Part shown: positions 1-11,900 of the stretch, in pieces
Position numbering within the stretch: position 1 is the stretch's first letter
How the letters are laid out: every line of letters begins with the position of its first letter
Assembly: GCA_051362555.1 (NCBI GenBank)
Contig: CM120642.1
Coordinates: forward strand, 17,050,001-17,114,000
Direction of reading: 5' to 3'
DNA length: 64,000 bases
DNA from: Lingula anatina
Taxonomy: Eukaryota; Animalia; Brachiopoda
Program-made: the position numbers and the translations under genes
The notes under the pieces: generated by a model
The model's input: the letters and a program-made list of their open reading frames with translations, nothing else
Told to the model about the DNA's origin: nothing
The model's database searches: none

Positions 1-317
1 GAATTAAAGAGTGGGATACACAGCAGTTTCTGGAAAAAAAAATAATAAGTACGGGAAAATTGCCCTTTACCCCAGAAAAATCTATTTTTTGGCCAAAATG
101 AACAGTTGTTATCCCTTTAAAATACACAGTAATGTCTGAAAATACAAAATTTTTGTTATAATAAGACAAATCCATCCCCTTTCACATGAAGCACCGCCCT
201 TGTAATCCAGCGTGCTTTCATTAACGGCACACCTACTAAAGTAACAAAAATTGCTCTTCGTTGCAAATTCTGATGGGTGAAGAAAATGGGTTGCATTTGT
301 TGTGTGTTTTATCAACT

Positions 318-490
318 TCAGTACTTCAGTATCATCTCCAATACATGTGAACCATACAGAGCTTTCATGTTGGGATTTAAATACCTGAAATACACTCTGC
401 TTTTCAGAACAACAATGTGTATGGGAATCCTGTCAACTGTACACACACCAACATTTTTCTAGATCACTTAGCCATGAATAATGCATGAAA

Positions 491-542
<52 letters not shown>

Positions 543-2527
543 CCTGAGTGAGTTTTATCCCACTTTTTGATATATAATATAATATAATGACAAAATTATT
601 AAACTAAAAACTAAAAAAAAGCCTGGTGAAGAGTTGCAAAAACGACTGGGTCACAAGCCTTGAGAACTGAGAGTGCCACCAAAGACGATATTTTATTCGT
701 TTGTATTCGACGACTATTTAAGAACGAAAACAATTGTCGTCTGAAAGTTTCTAAAACTTGTCTTATAATATTTTTAATGATTCAATCAACTCCAAAGAGA
801 ACTCAGACTACTGGTAGGCCTACCTCAAGTTAAATATGTTTCTATTTTAAATTTATATGTAGGCCTATTCTTCTTCTTCATGTGCCATCACCAATGCGGT
901 GTTTGACGAACGTTGATATTTTGCCAAAGGGTTCTGTATCTCGCCCATGACCAAAGGTGTCTTGTTGGTAATTCAAAATTGTCAAGGAAAGGCTTTTGTT
1001 GTCTGCCTCGAGTAGGCCTAGTTTTGCTGAGTTGAGCCCTAAATGACCATCTATCTACACACACTGGACAAAAGAAGTGTCACCCCCTAACTCAGAGTAA
1101 TAAAAGTAGGCAGATCTTGGGTAATTATAATGTCTGGTCTACTTATAATGTGACTAATGAGTACAAAACCGCTGTACCATGGGATTGTATTGTTGGTCTT
1201 GTACATGTACAGCAAATGTTATTCCTGTCTTCCTCCAATATGGCAAGATAAGGCAATTATCTAACGGTTAAAGGTGCAAGTTATTAACCTGAAGAGGCGG
1301 AATATAAGCAATGTCAGTATATCGATACAATTGAATTGTTTAGTCAGAACCGTGCAGAGGGTCTGGTCTCGGTATAGAAACACTGGATCAAGAGACAAAT
1401 TAACGCTGATGGGTCGTCCAAGAAAAACTACTGGCCGTGAAGACCGACGACTGATTTTGATGTCCAGGTTGTCAAAGTTCGATACTGCTTGTCAGTTGAC
1501 AACACAGTGGAAAAATTTCACACATAAGAATGTGTCTGTGAAAAATGCTAGGCGTCGGTTACATGCTCATAGAGTGTACATCAGGGTAGCAAGACTGAAA
1601 CCTCTTATATCTTTACAAAACAGGCAACGTAGAGTGAACTAGGGTCAACAGGATCTGGAACTGGACAGTCCATGACAATTGGTCCTATATATTTTTTCTG
1701 ATGAGTGTCGCTTTGGTCTGACCTCTGTTGCTGGTAAAGCATTTGAACCACATGTACTGAATTTTCGAACCCGGAGCAGCATATTCATCATGGTGTGGGG
1801 CTGCATCAGCATCCATGGCGTGGGCAAATTGATTGTGGTTGATGAAAACATGAATCACTAGAAATATATCGATGTTTTGGAGTCAGGCTTGCTACCATCT
1901 ATTACTAACATGTTTGGTGACAGGAATTATCCATTTGTTCACCAGGATGACAATGTTCCTTGTCACAGGACCAGAGCAGTTGATGATTGGTTTGACCAAC
2001 AGGACATTCGCAGGGTGATGTGGCCTGCCCAGAGTCTGGATGCAAACATAATAGAAAATGTGTGGAATGATATGTCAAAACTTTGGACAAATGCCCGTCT
2101 AACCAGCAGAGAAACTCTGTTATATTCAGTGTTTCATGCTTGGGCCAGCATAAGCTCTGAACGCATCAGACAATTATATGAATCCTTGCTTCGTAGACTG
2201 GCACCTATTATTAGGTCACGTGGCTATGCCACTAAGTACTAATTTTTGACTTGAAACTGCATATTGTGGTAGAATGTATATTTTGTTCTCATTTTGTGAT
2301 TTTTCGTGAAATTTGATGCGAATAAAATGATACCAGGAGCATATCATTCCACAGTCATTTATCTCCCCCATAGTATTGGCTCAGTAGGGGTGACACTTCT
2401 TTTGTCCAGTGTGTGTAGCTAGAGACATATCTGTGAATATCTGTAAAAAAATATATCACTCACCCTGGTAGAGGGTATAGTTTTGCCAGGTATTCTACCA
2501 CTATTGGACAAAGATTCTGCAATCCCT
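318..2527 (-). CDS. Last two coding exons of an unidentified protein-coding gene (partial; upstream exons not found)
   Basis: Exon 2527-2464 follows a long polypyrimidine tract/AG and ends at GTGAGT. Exon 384-318 follows TATTTCAG and ends in TGA. The phases match (2) and give ...GLQNLCPIVVEYLAKLYPLPG/YLNPNMKALYGSHVLEMILKY*. Family not recognised. Confidence 0.55.
496..539. repeat. (AG)n microsatellite
   Basis: Pure GA dinucleotide run seen directly. Confidence 0.95.
1058..2415 (+). mobile_element. Full-length-like Tc1/mariner DNA transposon (Tc1, DD34E), decayed
   Basis: 29-bp perfect TIRs CACACACTGGACAAAAGAAGTGTCACCCC (1058-1086) and its reverse complement (2387-2415), each flanked by TA. 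Internal transposase remnants present. Confidence 0.95.
1240..2242 (+). pseudogene. Tc1 transposase pseudogene (stops/frameshifts)
   Basis: Fragments show GRPRKTT linker, FSDE, MVWGCIS, HQDDN-34 aa-E (WPAQSLDANIIENVW) and C-terminal GYATKY*. Broken into ORFs 1274-1642, 1679-1861 and 1877-2242. Confidence 0.92.
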
Positions 2528-2931
2528 CTAAAAAAAAAAAAAAAAAAAAAAAAACAGTCCAAACCCTGGATTTCGCTTTCTCTCCCCCCCTCCACCCATT
2601 TCCCTTTCGTACGTAACGTGTTTAGTCTCAGCATGTATGTTTAAAGTGTCTTTGCATTAGGCCTGCCATACCAGTCATACCACTTGCTACTCAGTGCCTT
2701 ATTTGTCATTGTTGAATGTGATAGGTGTGCTCTTAAATGATATGCATGTTGTGCTCCACTGCCACTGTATTGATCTGTTTATACTTGTAATTGGTATTTT
2801 AAACACTGTATGAGTAGCAATCCATAGCTAAATATGTCTACTTATTTATTTATCTGTTTGTAGAATAAAGGGCTAACAAATGTAACCGTCACATTTAATG
2901 CTCAAATAAATTATTATTATAATTATTATTT

Positions 2932-2934
<3 letters not shown>

Positions 2935-2988
<54 letters not shown>
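2935..2988. repeat. (CT)n microsatellite
   Basis: Seen directly. Confidence 0.95.
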
Positions 2989-2996
<8 letters not shown>

Positions 2997-3637
2997 TTGT
3001 GTACTTATCTATACCCCCCCTTGTGATTAATTAACAGAACACATAAAGGGCTACAGTTATTAAGATATAACCTAGGCAGTTGTATTTCTGGCAGTACATA
3101 CAGTATATTGACCTCAGAGCCCAACAAGCCAAAATTGAATTACACTGACTGAAGCCAAATTTTTCACTCATGTATCCCCGCTGGATTTCGTATCAATTCT
3201 AAGTCATAAAAGGTAAAATGTAGGCTACTAGTACATGAAAGTGCATATATCTTTTCATTGAGTGTAATATTTATTTAAAATGACGACCCAAAGTTTCTAT
3301 TTTTTACATAAAACGTACATGTACAGTATGCAAACAATGTCGTACACAAGGGACGCGCATAAAAATATTTGTTAGAAAAATCCAAAACACATTTGGAGAA
3401 TTTTTAACAATGAAAATTTATTTGGCTTAACCGAAATGGTAGGGACTATCAATTTAAAGCTACTTCTTTTAGAGCGCGTTCAGAACAATTTGATCCGCCG
3501 ACTAACTTGTCCGCGAATCAAATATGGTGCAACCCACTTGAAAGCGTGCCGAGATTAAATTGCTCTGCCCCTGTTGGGACGGCGCGCGTGGGAGGCAGGG
3601 ATCCACTTGTCCTAGCGTTACGCATACTGAATTAAAG

Positions 3638-3652
<15 letters not shown>

Positions 3653-3701
<49 letters not shown>

Positions 3702-3751
3702 CTTCGGACTTTGTAAATAGGACCGAAACTTTTAATATATTTCTTCGACAA

Positions 3752-3831
<80 letters not shown>

Positions 3832-3883
3832 CTTCAGACTTTGTAAATAGGACCGAAACTTTTAATATATTTCTTCGACAAGT
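3653..3883. repeat. Two (TA)n tracts, each followed by a near-identical ~55-bp unit (tandem duplication)
   Basis: TGACTTCRGACTTTGTAAATAGGACCGAAACTTTTAATATATTTCTTCGACAAGT occurs at ~3698-3753 and ~3828-3883, each preceded by (TA)n. Confidence 0.9.
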
Positions 3884-4224
3884 GTATCAATAAGTCTAAA
3901 CTGATGCTAATATTGATGAAAAGGTGATACAGCACGTTTCAAACTGTTTCGCCCTCTTGTCGTTTTCCAGTTTAAATAAGATTGCGAAGAATTAATAGTG
4001 ACCATTTTCCCTGAAGCACTGCCACAATGAAATGTTTACCGCCTGTCGCAGAGATAATACCCTAACTACTTAAAAATCTCCTGGCTACATCCGTTTATCT
4101 TGATTTAACGCACAGTGGTAAATACTACCCGGAACTTTCTGACCTAGCAGCCACACCTACACGTAGGCGATAAACAGGGTAATTTAACACTATACTGTCA
4201 TAATTCTGGCGAATTTACACCGAA

Positions 4225-4232
4225 TATAAATA
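4225..4232 (+). promoter_or_regulatory. Candidate TATA box of gene A; non-coding first exon probably ~4252-4383 (donor GTAAG at 4384, acceptor at 4779)
   Basis: TATAAATA ~25-30 nt upstream of an Inr-like ATCACT. CAG|GTAAG donor and TTTTCAG acceptor precede the ATG at 4846. Confidence 0.45.
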
Positions 4233-4845
4233 CAGGTGCCGGTGACATCGAATCACTACTTACAGTATAGCGTCTGGCTTCAACCACGGATTCACGAAGT
4301 GCTCACAGTCTTTAAAAAACCGTTGCTCTGCCTTTATTCATTTACATTTTGAAAGGCCAAATTCGACGTTGCGAAAAATCCAGGTAAGATACAATGTCTA
4401 TAGTTTTTCTTTTTTTTAAGGTACGCGCTGAAAATATACATTAGATAGTTACTGTTGGCTGAAAGCAGTCGGAGCAGTCAATTCTTTATGTAGGCCTATA
4501 TCCTGTTCGATGACCCGCTTTAGGCTGCATGAAGCTGGACGCTTGTTTTTACGTTGAGCGATTTAAGGTTTTATCATGCCTACTTTTGTTTATTTAATTC
4601 ATGTAATTGAAAAAAAAAAATAAAATAAACAGCATGTCTATGGAGCTTTTTTTTTTTTTTTTAATTGCTTGCCCACGTGTTTGCTATCCCGTTTTTAGGC
4701 GCTCATACATATACGGTGTATATATGCTTAAATTTAAGCTTCTGTGAAACATTGGATTTAACACAACTGTTCTTTTCAGTTTCCATCGCAGTTGGAGTCC
4801 CCTATATAAGAGACCATTTCAAACATCCAAGATTCTCCGATCGAG

Positions 4846-7184
4846 ATGGCAAAATTCGCTCGACTTGCAATATTCTGTGTCGCTTTTGTGGTGTCGTCGA
4901 CCTCGTGCGACGTCACGTCCGGTACTGGCACCTGCGACTGCAGTGAAGCCATAAAACGTCTCCAGAAGTCCCTGGACAATCTGAATGACATTTTATCCCA
5001 GTCGACAGTAGTGATTACGAGGAACCAAGCTGCCACCAGCTGCCCGAATGAAATTAAGACTTACCAGAAAGGTAAAAACGCTTAATGTCAATGCTTAGTG
5101 TATGTACATGTAGAAGAATATCTGATGTGAATCTAATTTCAGTTTTATTGACTTTGGCTAAGTTTGGTCACGTACAAATACATGCACGTGTTCAGGTATT
5201 CCAGCCACACTACACCTTATACTACTGTAGTGGATGTGGGTCCAACAATGTACTGAGTTATATTCTTATATCAAAGACAGGCGATATTAGAAACCAGTTT
5301 ATAGAATTCTTATAAATGATTTCACTTTCAGCGCACTACAAAGTAATTGAAGAAGATGGCGCTAGATGGCGCTTGTTTTGGTGGTACAAAGCCAATACCA
5401 CGTGGCCAGCACTGGTGTCTGACGTCCTTCAAGGTCGGTGCTTAAATTTTAAACTCATACAATCGCTAGAAGGTCTTCACAGTGTGCTCACTAATTAATG
5501 AAATTTAGATTTTGATAGCCTGTTGTTCGCACGTACCTCCTTTGAGCCTTTATCAATTAAAGATATTTCGTAAATAAAGGCCAAATCTGTTAATCAAAAT
5601 AGGCAAACAAACAAAAGCATGTTTCTGTTTACGTCCTAACAGACTCTTAAATGCAGACCTTTTTCACTTTTGTCTTTATTAAAACATGCAATAGAGAATC
5701 CTGATAGCTCATTAAATGTACGTAAAAATTCTAATCTGAAACAACAGCAAGCTATAATAGACAGTAGTAGGCCCCTTAAAATAAAACCGGATAAAACTGA
5801 ATGAATAGGAAATTAATACATTGCAATTACACAGGTATTAATAACCTTCAGTTAACCGACAGTTAGGGAGCATTCAGATAAACCCATCGTATTAGCTGGA
5901 TCGATCCAAATCTGCGGGAGACTCTCTCTAAATTCAGTCTCTGATATCGGCTATGATGCCTGACATGCCTCCTCGAGTTGCTAGGGGTTAATAAGCTAAC
6001 TAACCAGCTTCTCTGGGAGGCGTGTCAGACAATTAAGCTGATTAAACTGAATGCACTTTAGCGAGAATCCCCTGCAGAGTTGGACCGATCCAGCTGGTAC
6101 GGTGTTTGAATCTGAACGCGGTCTTACTTTGGCTCCTGCTATCGAATTATAGCACGTGTCGTATTTTATTTCTAACAACTAACAACGGGTTTCCTAATAC
6201 AGTACCTCATTTTACACGGAAATCGAGAACAAATCGTTATAATAGTTTAGATGATTACGCAGTACCTACTATCACACACTGAGATTCGAATAGTTTATGG
6301 TTATTTTCTGCTTCCTACTCTCAAAACACTACAATGGGGATGGTAATACTTTCAAATAAACTGTAAAATTCAAGGTTTGGGATCTCCAATAAAAAAGAAA
6401 ATATGTGACCAGATTCTTGTGAGCCATGTGCTGTATTTTAAGTGACGAGACCCATTATTTTTCATAGCCCAGAAACAGGAAATATTTCCTGAGTGTTGAA
6501 ATCTGTTTATTTTAGACAAGTATGGAGACTGCGATGCTAGTGCCCCATACTGTTTTGGTCGCCTCCCAGAAGCTCTAATGGAGAATCAAGCCGAGATGTT
6601 GGGCATCGACTCAGCAGACAATGCTTATAGGTAACAAACGCGCTGAAAACAGTTTGTGCACAGAAAAGACGGGCTGTGGTGGACATGCAATTACCTGATT
6701 TGTATTGTCAGAAAAATAAAATATTCAAACGTTTTAGCCATCTGCATGACTAATTTTAATATTAAATAGTAAAATGAAGCTGATTGTTAAAACGATTGAA
6801 GTTAATTTCAGTGGGAATATCGTTTGTTGATTTGACGCTGAGAAAGTTAAAACTGAGTTGAATTTTAATCTTAGGTGGAAGTTCAATTCCAACAATCGAG
6901 TGTCCCATGCAGTATGGGAGGCATTCCACGATCATAAAGATGCGCAAGTCAAGAACGTCGATGTGTGGAACCCGAAGGTGATAAGAGGTGAGAACTCCTA
7001 AAAGAGGCTGACCAGCCGAGAAGACAAATTTTAAATTTTAATTTACAACAATAGTTAGTTCCTTCAAATAATAGACTCTCCTGACAGTGATCCGTTACAT
7101 TTCTCGTCAAACGCAAAGGGGCACGCCTCAAAATCTACCTCTGTTTTTCTTATGTTTTAATGTGGGTCTTGTTAAAGCCAGTTG

Positions 7185-7241
<57 letters not shown>

Positions 7242-7831
7242 GTAGCATTCTTTTATCTCAGAAGCTCTTCTTTGAACAAATAAAGGAACTGCACCCAAAG
7301 CTGCCCAAGACAGCTTCCATTATCGTATGGAGCACGGCGTGAGGTCACTTCAAATTGATGACGACAACTGCGATTGCCTGACGTCACTAAGCATGGGCCA
7401 TGGAATGTGTTTGGAAGGATTCAGTACTCAGTATGGCCCGGAAAACGTGTACGGGGTTGATCTACTGTATGACACTTATTGTAACACACCAAAGCCAAGC
7501 AATGGGTTGTTTCTGTATTTCAGAGGTAAGAAGTGGTGAATACAAAGTTATGCTACATGTAGTTATTTTACTTGGAGAGTTCTTTACTGAAAAATAACCC
7601 AAGCCCATTTTTATTACATCAGTCAGTTGAAAATTGAAATTTCACACTAAACAATGTCAAGCGATATAAACTTTATATCTGATACATTGGTATTTCATCT
7701 GTGATATTTCACTAGGGTCAGTTATTGTTGGTTTTTTCATTTCAGATGATGACGACTGCATGAACGTAACCTGCCCGGCTAACAAAGTTTGCGTGGACGG
7801 CATCTACTCCTACGTTTGTGTCGACGCCTAG
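4846..7831 (+). CDS. Gene A: secreted Cys-rich protein (293 aa): signal peptide, CxC + short coiled coil, unrecognised ~190-aa globular domain, truncated calcium-binding EGF-like tail
   Basis: Exons 4846-5071, 5332-5433, 6516-6630, 6875-6987, 7286-7525, 7746-7831 (882 nt, consistent phases, GT-AG). Translation: MAKFARLAIFCVAFVVSSTSC...CDCSEAIKRLQKSL...EDGARWRLFWWY...YCFGRLP...QDSFHYR...DDDNCDCLTSLSMGHGMC...LFLYFR-DDDDCMNVTCPANKVCVDGIYSYVCVDA*. Confidence 0.85.
5866..6123. mobile_element. Palindromic MITE (PIF/Harbinger-like), family 1-related
   Basis: Long imperfect inverted repeat (GAGCATTCAGA...GCTGGATCGATCCAA...TTGGACCGATCCAGC...TCTGAACGCGGTC) flanked by TTA on both sides. Lies in an intron of gene A. 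Confidence 0.7.
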
Positions 7832-8885
7832 ACATGCATTATTAGATCAAATACCTTCATATACCCTTTGTGCTATTTGCAACAACCTACAAATGATAGT
7901 AATTAAAAAAAGAGGTTCCTCAAGAGGTTACACTTTAAACTGTATGGTTCTATTTTCACAAATCAGTCTTGATTCCACGAATATTCAGATAATTTTTTCT
8001 ATTTCATTATAATTACTTACGTAACCTGATCTTTATAAACATTAAATGAAATGCAGATAAAGTGACATTGTTTACTTTTAAAAATAGTGAAAATATTTTT
8101 GATTTAATTGATTAAAATGATATGTAATGGCTGCAAAATTTTCATCTATAGTATCTAATAACTTAAGATACCCTCTTACGCTTGTTTAGCGCATAAGTGG
8201 GCTACCTGATTCTTATACTTGATAGCCATTACTTGTTTTTAACTTTGTCTTCTTTCTTATATTCAGTAACATTTTCAATAAGTATATAAATGCCTCAAAT
8301 AGATCATTTAAAAGCAGTGTTTTTCTTTCCTGGAAAGAAGGATGTTGTGTTGGGGGAGGGGGATTGTCTGTCTGTGTGTGTGTGTGTGTGTGTGTGGGGG
8401 GGGGGGGTTGTCCTAGAATAACATATAACCACTTGATAAAAGCGGTACTTTATGGAAGAAGGCCATTGTTTAATTAACACGGTAAAGTTCATTATTTTCG
8501 TGTTAAATGTTAGTAGCATGTATGTTTTATTCACCAGAGTTTGAGAGCAGGCCCTAAAAACTCAGCACTAAATTGGATAGTCATACTACAGCTCCCTTTT
8601 TCGTACTATAGCTACTTTGCGAAATAAACAGTGTTTTGAATTTTGTCAAAGATCAGTATTTTGAAACCATGAATCATTCGTTATTATTGCGTCTAAAGGC
8701 AAAATAAAAGGTTTCTTAAAGAAGGATTTCACATCATCACGTGCACATTCCCGCGGGCCAATTCGCACTTTTTGAAACATATTATTACAGGGGAGAAGAA
8801 GTTCAATTGTGGAGAATTTTACCCCGAGCCAACGGCAGAGGGTGATACTTTGGTCTGTGGTTATTCATTTTAAATCTCAGCATAC

Positions 8886-8924
<39 letters not shown>

Positions 8925-8979
8925 GGAGAGAGAGAGAGAGAGAGAGATGTCTGATAGAATATAATATTAAGGGGCTCAC

Positions 8980-11900
8980 TTCTACTATGGCTTGTTTCGT
9001 ATCGGGCATGTCGTTGATAACGCCGTCTGTTAAAATGAGTAAAATGAAGTAGTCCTTGCCGTCTCTTCGTTTTTGAGCTTGTCTGGAAAGGAACAAAATA
9101 GATAATTTCCCATGTACCTTTAGGGTACAACTGTACAGTGGTTTCCATATCCTTGTATCTAAGTACATGTACAATGAAATGGTGTTGGGTAATCTAAATT
9201 TTCTGACAAACGGACAGAATGTAAATTTACATGGCTCAGAGTTCTCAATTCGAAGTAAATGAAAAAATCACGCCATCATAGTCTTCATAGACGACCACTA
9301 AATCACATATAATCATGATATTGTGCCAAATGCAGATAAAGAGTTTATTTAACCGGCTGCATAATTAAAATCAAAGGGTTTCGAAAAGATATAACTATTA
9401 GAATCACCTTGCTATGGAGTCGATGGATGGTGCAAAACACGTAGGTCCGTGGAGCTGGACCCTTGACAGGGCGTCATAATATGCCTGAATGACACCGTCG
9501 ATTCCTTCACATTCCTCACCTTTACCGTTCTACAATGGCAAGCCATAAAAAATTGTAAGACTGTAAAAATCGATACTGTTTTAACTGAGAAAAATATATG
9601 TTACAGTAAAAGTTTATCCTGGAACAAATTAAAAATCATAAGACTGTATAAATTGACGTAGTAATACAAACAGCTCACAGTGATTCATTCAACTTAGGAT
9701 TCACATCCTAGAGACCATTCCCAGAGCCTATCGTACTAACTTTGGATCGATCTATCTGGAAGAGGATTCTCGTTAAAGTGCTATCATGTTAAGCGGCTTA
9801 GATGTCTCGCACGCCCACTGAAGGTGTTACAGAGTAATTAACTATCGTTTACTGCTTCAGTAGGCGTGCCAGACATCTAAGGTGCTTAAGCTGAAAGCAA
9901 TTTCGCGAGAAACCCCTCGGGGATGGATCGATCCTGTTAGATCGATCTAGTTATGGGAACCCAGGCCTAGATTCAACACGTGCATACGACGCGCACTTAT
10001 CTAGATGAGCAAAGTTTGCTTACCAAGGAGAACTGGTGAGATATGTTAAAATCCGGAGGGACGTTAGCACCAAATCCAACCGCTGGAAACAATTTGTCAC
10101 TGAAAAGAGAAATTTTCGGTACTAAATAATAAAAGAAAACAATAATGGTGCCCACGTCTGAACACCCTGTACGTATACTACAAATAATGGGAGTATCCAG
10201 GATTATATTCGTTGCGTGGGGTTCGGGGCCCGCTGAAGGGTATTCTATATAAGAGGTGGAACGGTACGCCATTTTACAACTGTGAGTCAGCTAGTCAAAA
10301 TTCTAATTTCAGGAGGGAATCCCATTGGTGTAATTTTTTCAGAAATCGAATGGGGGGGGGGGGGGGGGGGGGGGAAGGGGGTCAGAACCCCCCCTGATAC
10401 CCCTCTAAATGCGCCACTGCAAAATTTTAAAGAAATATATCAGTGTTGATTTACTTCAAATGTAATGTAAGTAATTGATATCCATTGATAAGTAAGGATC
10501 GGCGGAGTGTTCTATAAAGTTGATTGACATGTCCTCATAATGCACGAGGCATGTAAGCCTAATGTAAACGGAGAGAACACCGTAATTGAATGGTGTAGAG
10601 ATAGAGATAAAGAGAGAGAGGAATGGAAGGAAAGAAACTGGGGAGCAGCAAATAAAGAGTATGAAAAAACATTAAAAATTCTACCTCGCGTTACAACTAA
10701 TGCTAAAGTCAGAATCTTCGTCACACGAAGTAGTCGTCGAAAGTCGGTGGAGTGTAGTGCCATCTTTTAACGAAATAAGGACAACAGTGTCATAAACTGA
10801 GGATATACCTGTCGTAATCTTGGATGACGTCTCCAACAGCGCGAATGGCGCTGGCGTAAAGGTTTGGACTCTCTGTGCTGTTATAGTGAAGAGATGACGG
10901 GTCGGAAGGATCCCCGTTAGAAGAAGTGAAGTCAATGGCGAATGCTACATGGATCTGTGTTCTGGAAAATGGAATGTTGGTGGATTATGTCCAAGGCCAA
11001 AATTAAAAAAATGAATGACGTTAAATAACTTATATTCAAACACTAAACATTAATAGTAGATTAAGCCTTCAAAAATTGAATATGCGAGATACGATATAAA
11101 AGATAAAATCTAAGCTGATAATATTGGCTTTCAACTTTGCTGTATATAAATATTTCAAATGATCTCTTCTACATGTACTGGGGTCACAGTTTTTTTAAGG
11201 ATCTAGTCAGTCTGATAGTGATACCCACCCGCCTTGGATGTAGTCAAGGAAGGTGTCCATGGTTTGGATTTTGGCATCGAGGCACTTGACCTGAAACGAG
11301 GATATTTTTTGTAATGATGGAAATCTTTTAATCACGACTAAGCACATGGATCACAGTTACAACTTTTATAAATTCCATGGCAGTTGTCGACTCCAACCCA
11401 TTTCAAGTTTTTATTGAATTTAACTGACTATGATAGATGATAAAACGAAGCATTAAAGAAGGATCCGGGCAGCACGTCAACAACGATTTACTGCAGGGGT
11501 GGATCCAGAGATGTTTTCTGACAGGCTTCCGAATTATCTTTATTGATCCAGCCTCCATTTTTGACCGTCATCCGACAGAGAAAATTAGATATCCGCCAAT
11601 GTAAACTTGAAAATTTGGCCATCTTTCGGAAGACCCAGAAGACGGCCTATATCCGCCCTTTTACTGGAAGGTAACTGGCCTGTCATGTTACACTAAGATT
11701 AAGATTCAATTAGCCAATAAATACGGTACATAAAATAAACATAACCAAAATAAATTGCTGTGTAAAAGCGTCACTGTGTTAAAAGTTTAAAAGTAGCAAG
11801 ATAAGATTTTTTTAATTAAAAATACAGTCGAAGGATAACTAAACACAAGAAATAGGTAACATCATTATGGTATACTCTTCCTATAAATGGCCCTACCCTG

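Noticed and set aside
8200-8326. Acceptor at ~8326 (minus) as the next copine exon
   Set aside because: The phase-0 translation (ERKTLLLND...) has no copine similarity; kept only as a possibility under the truncation finding.
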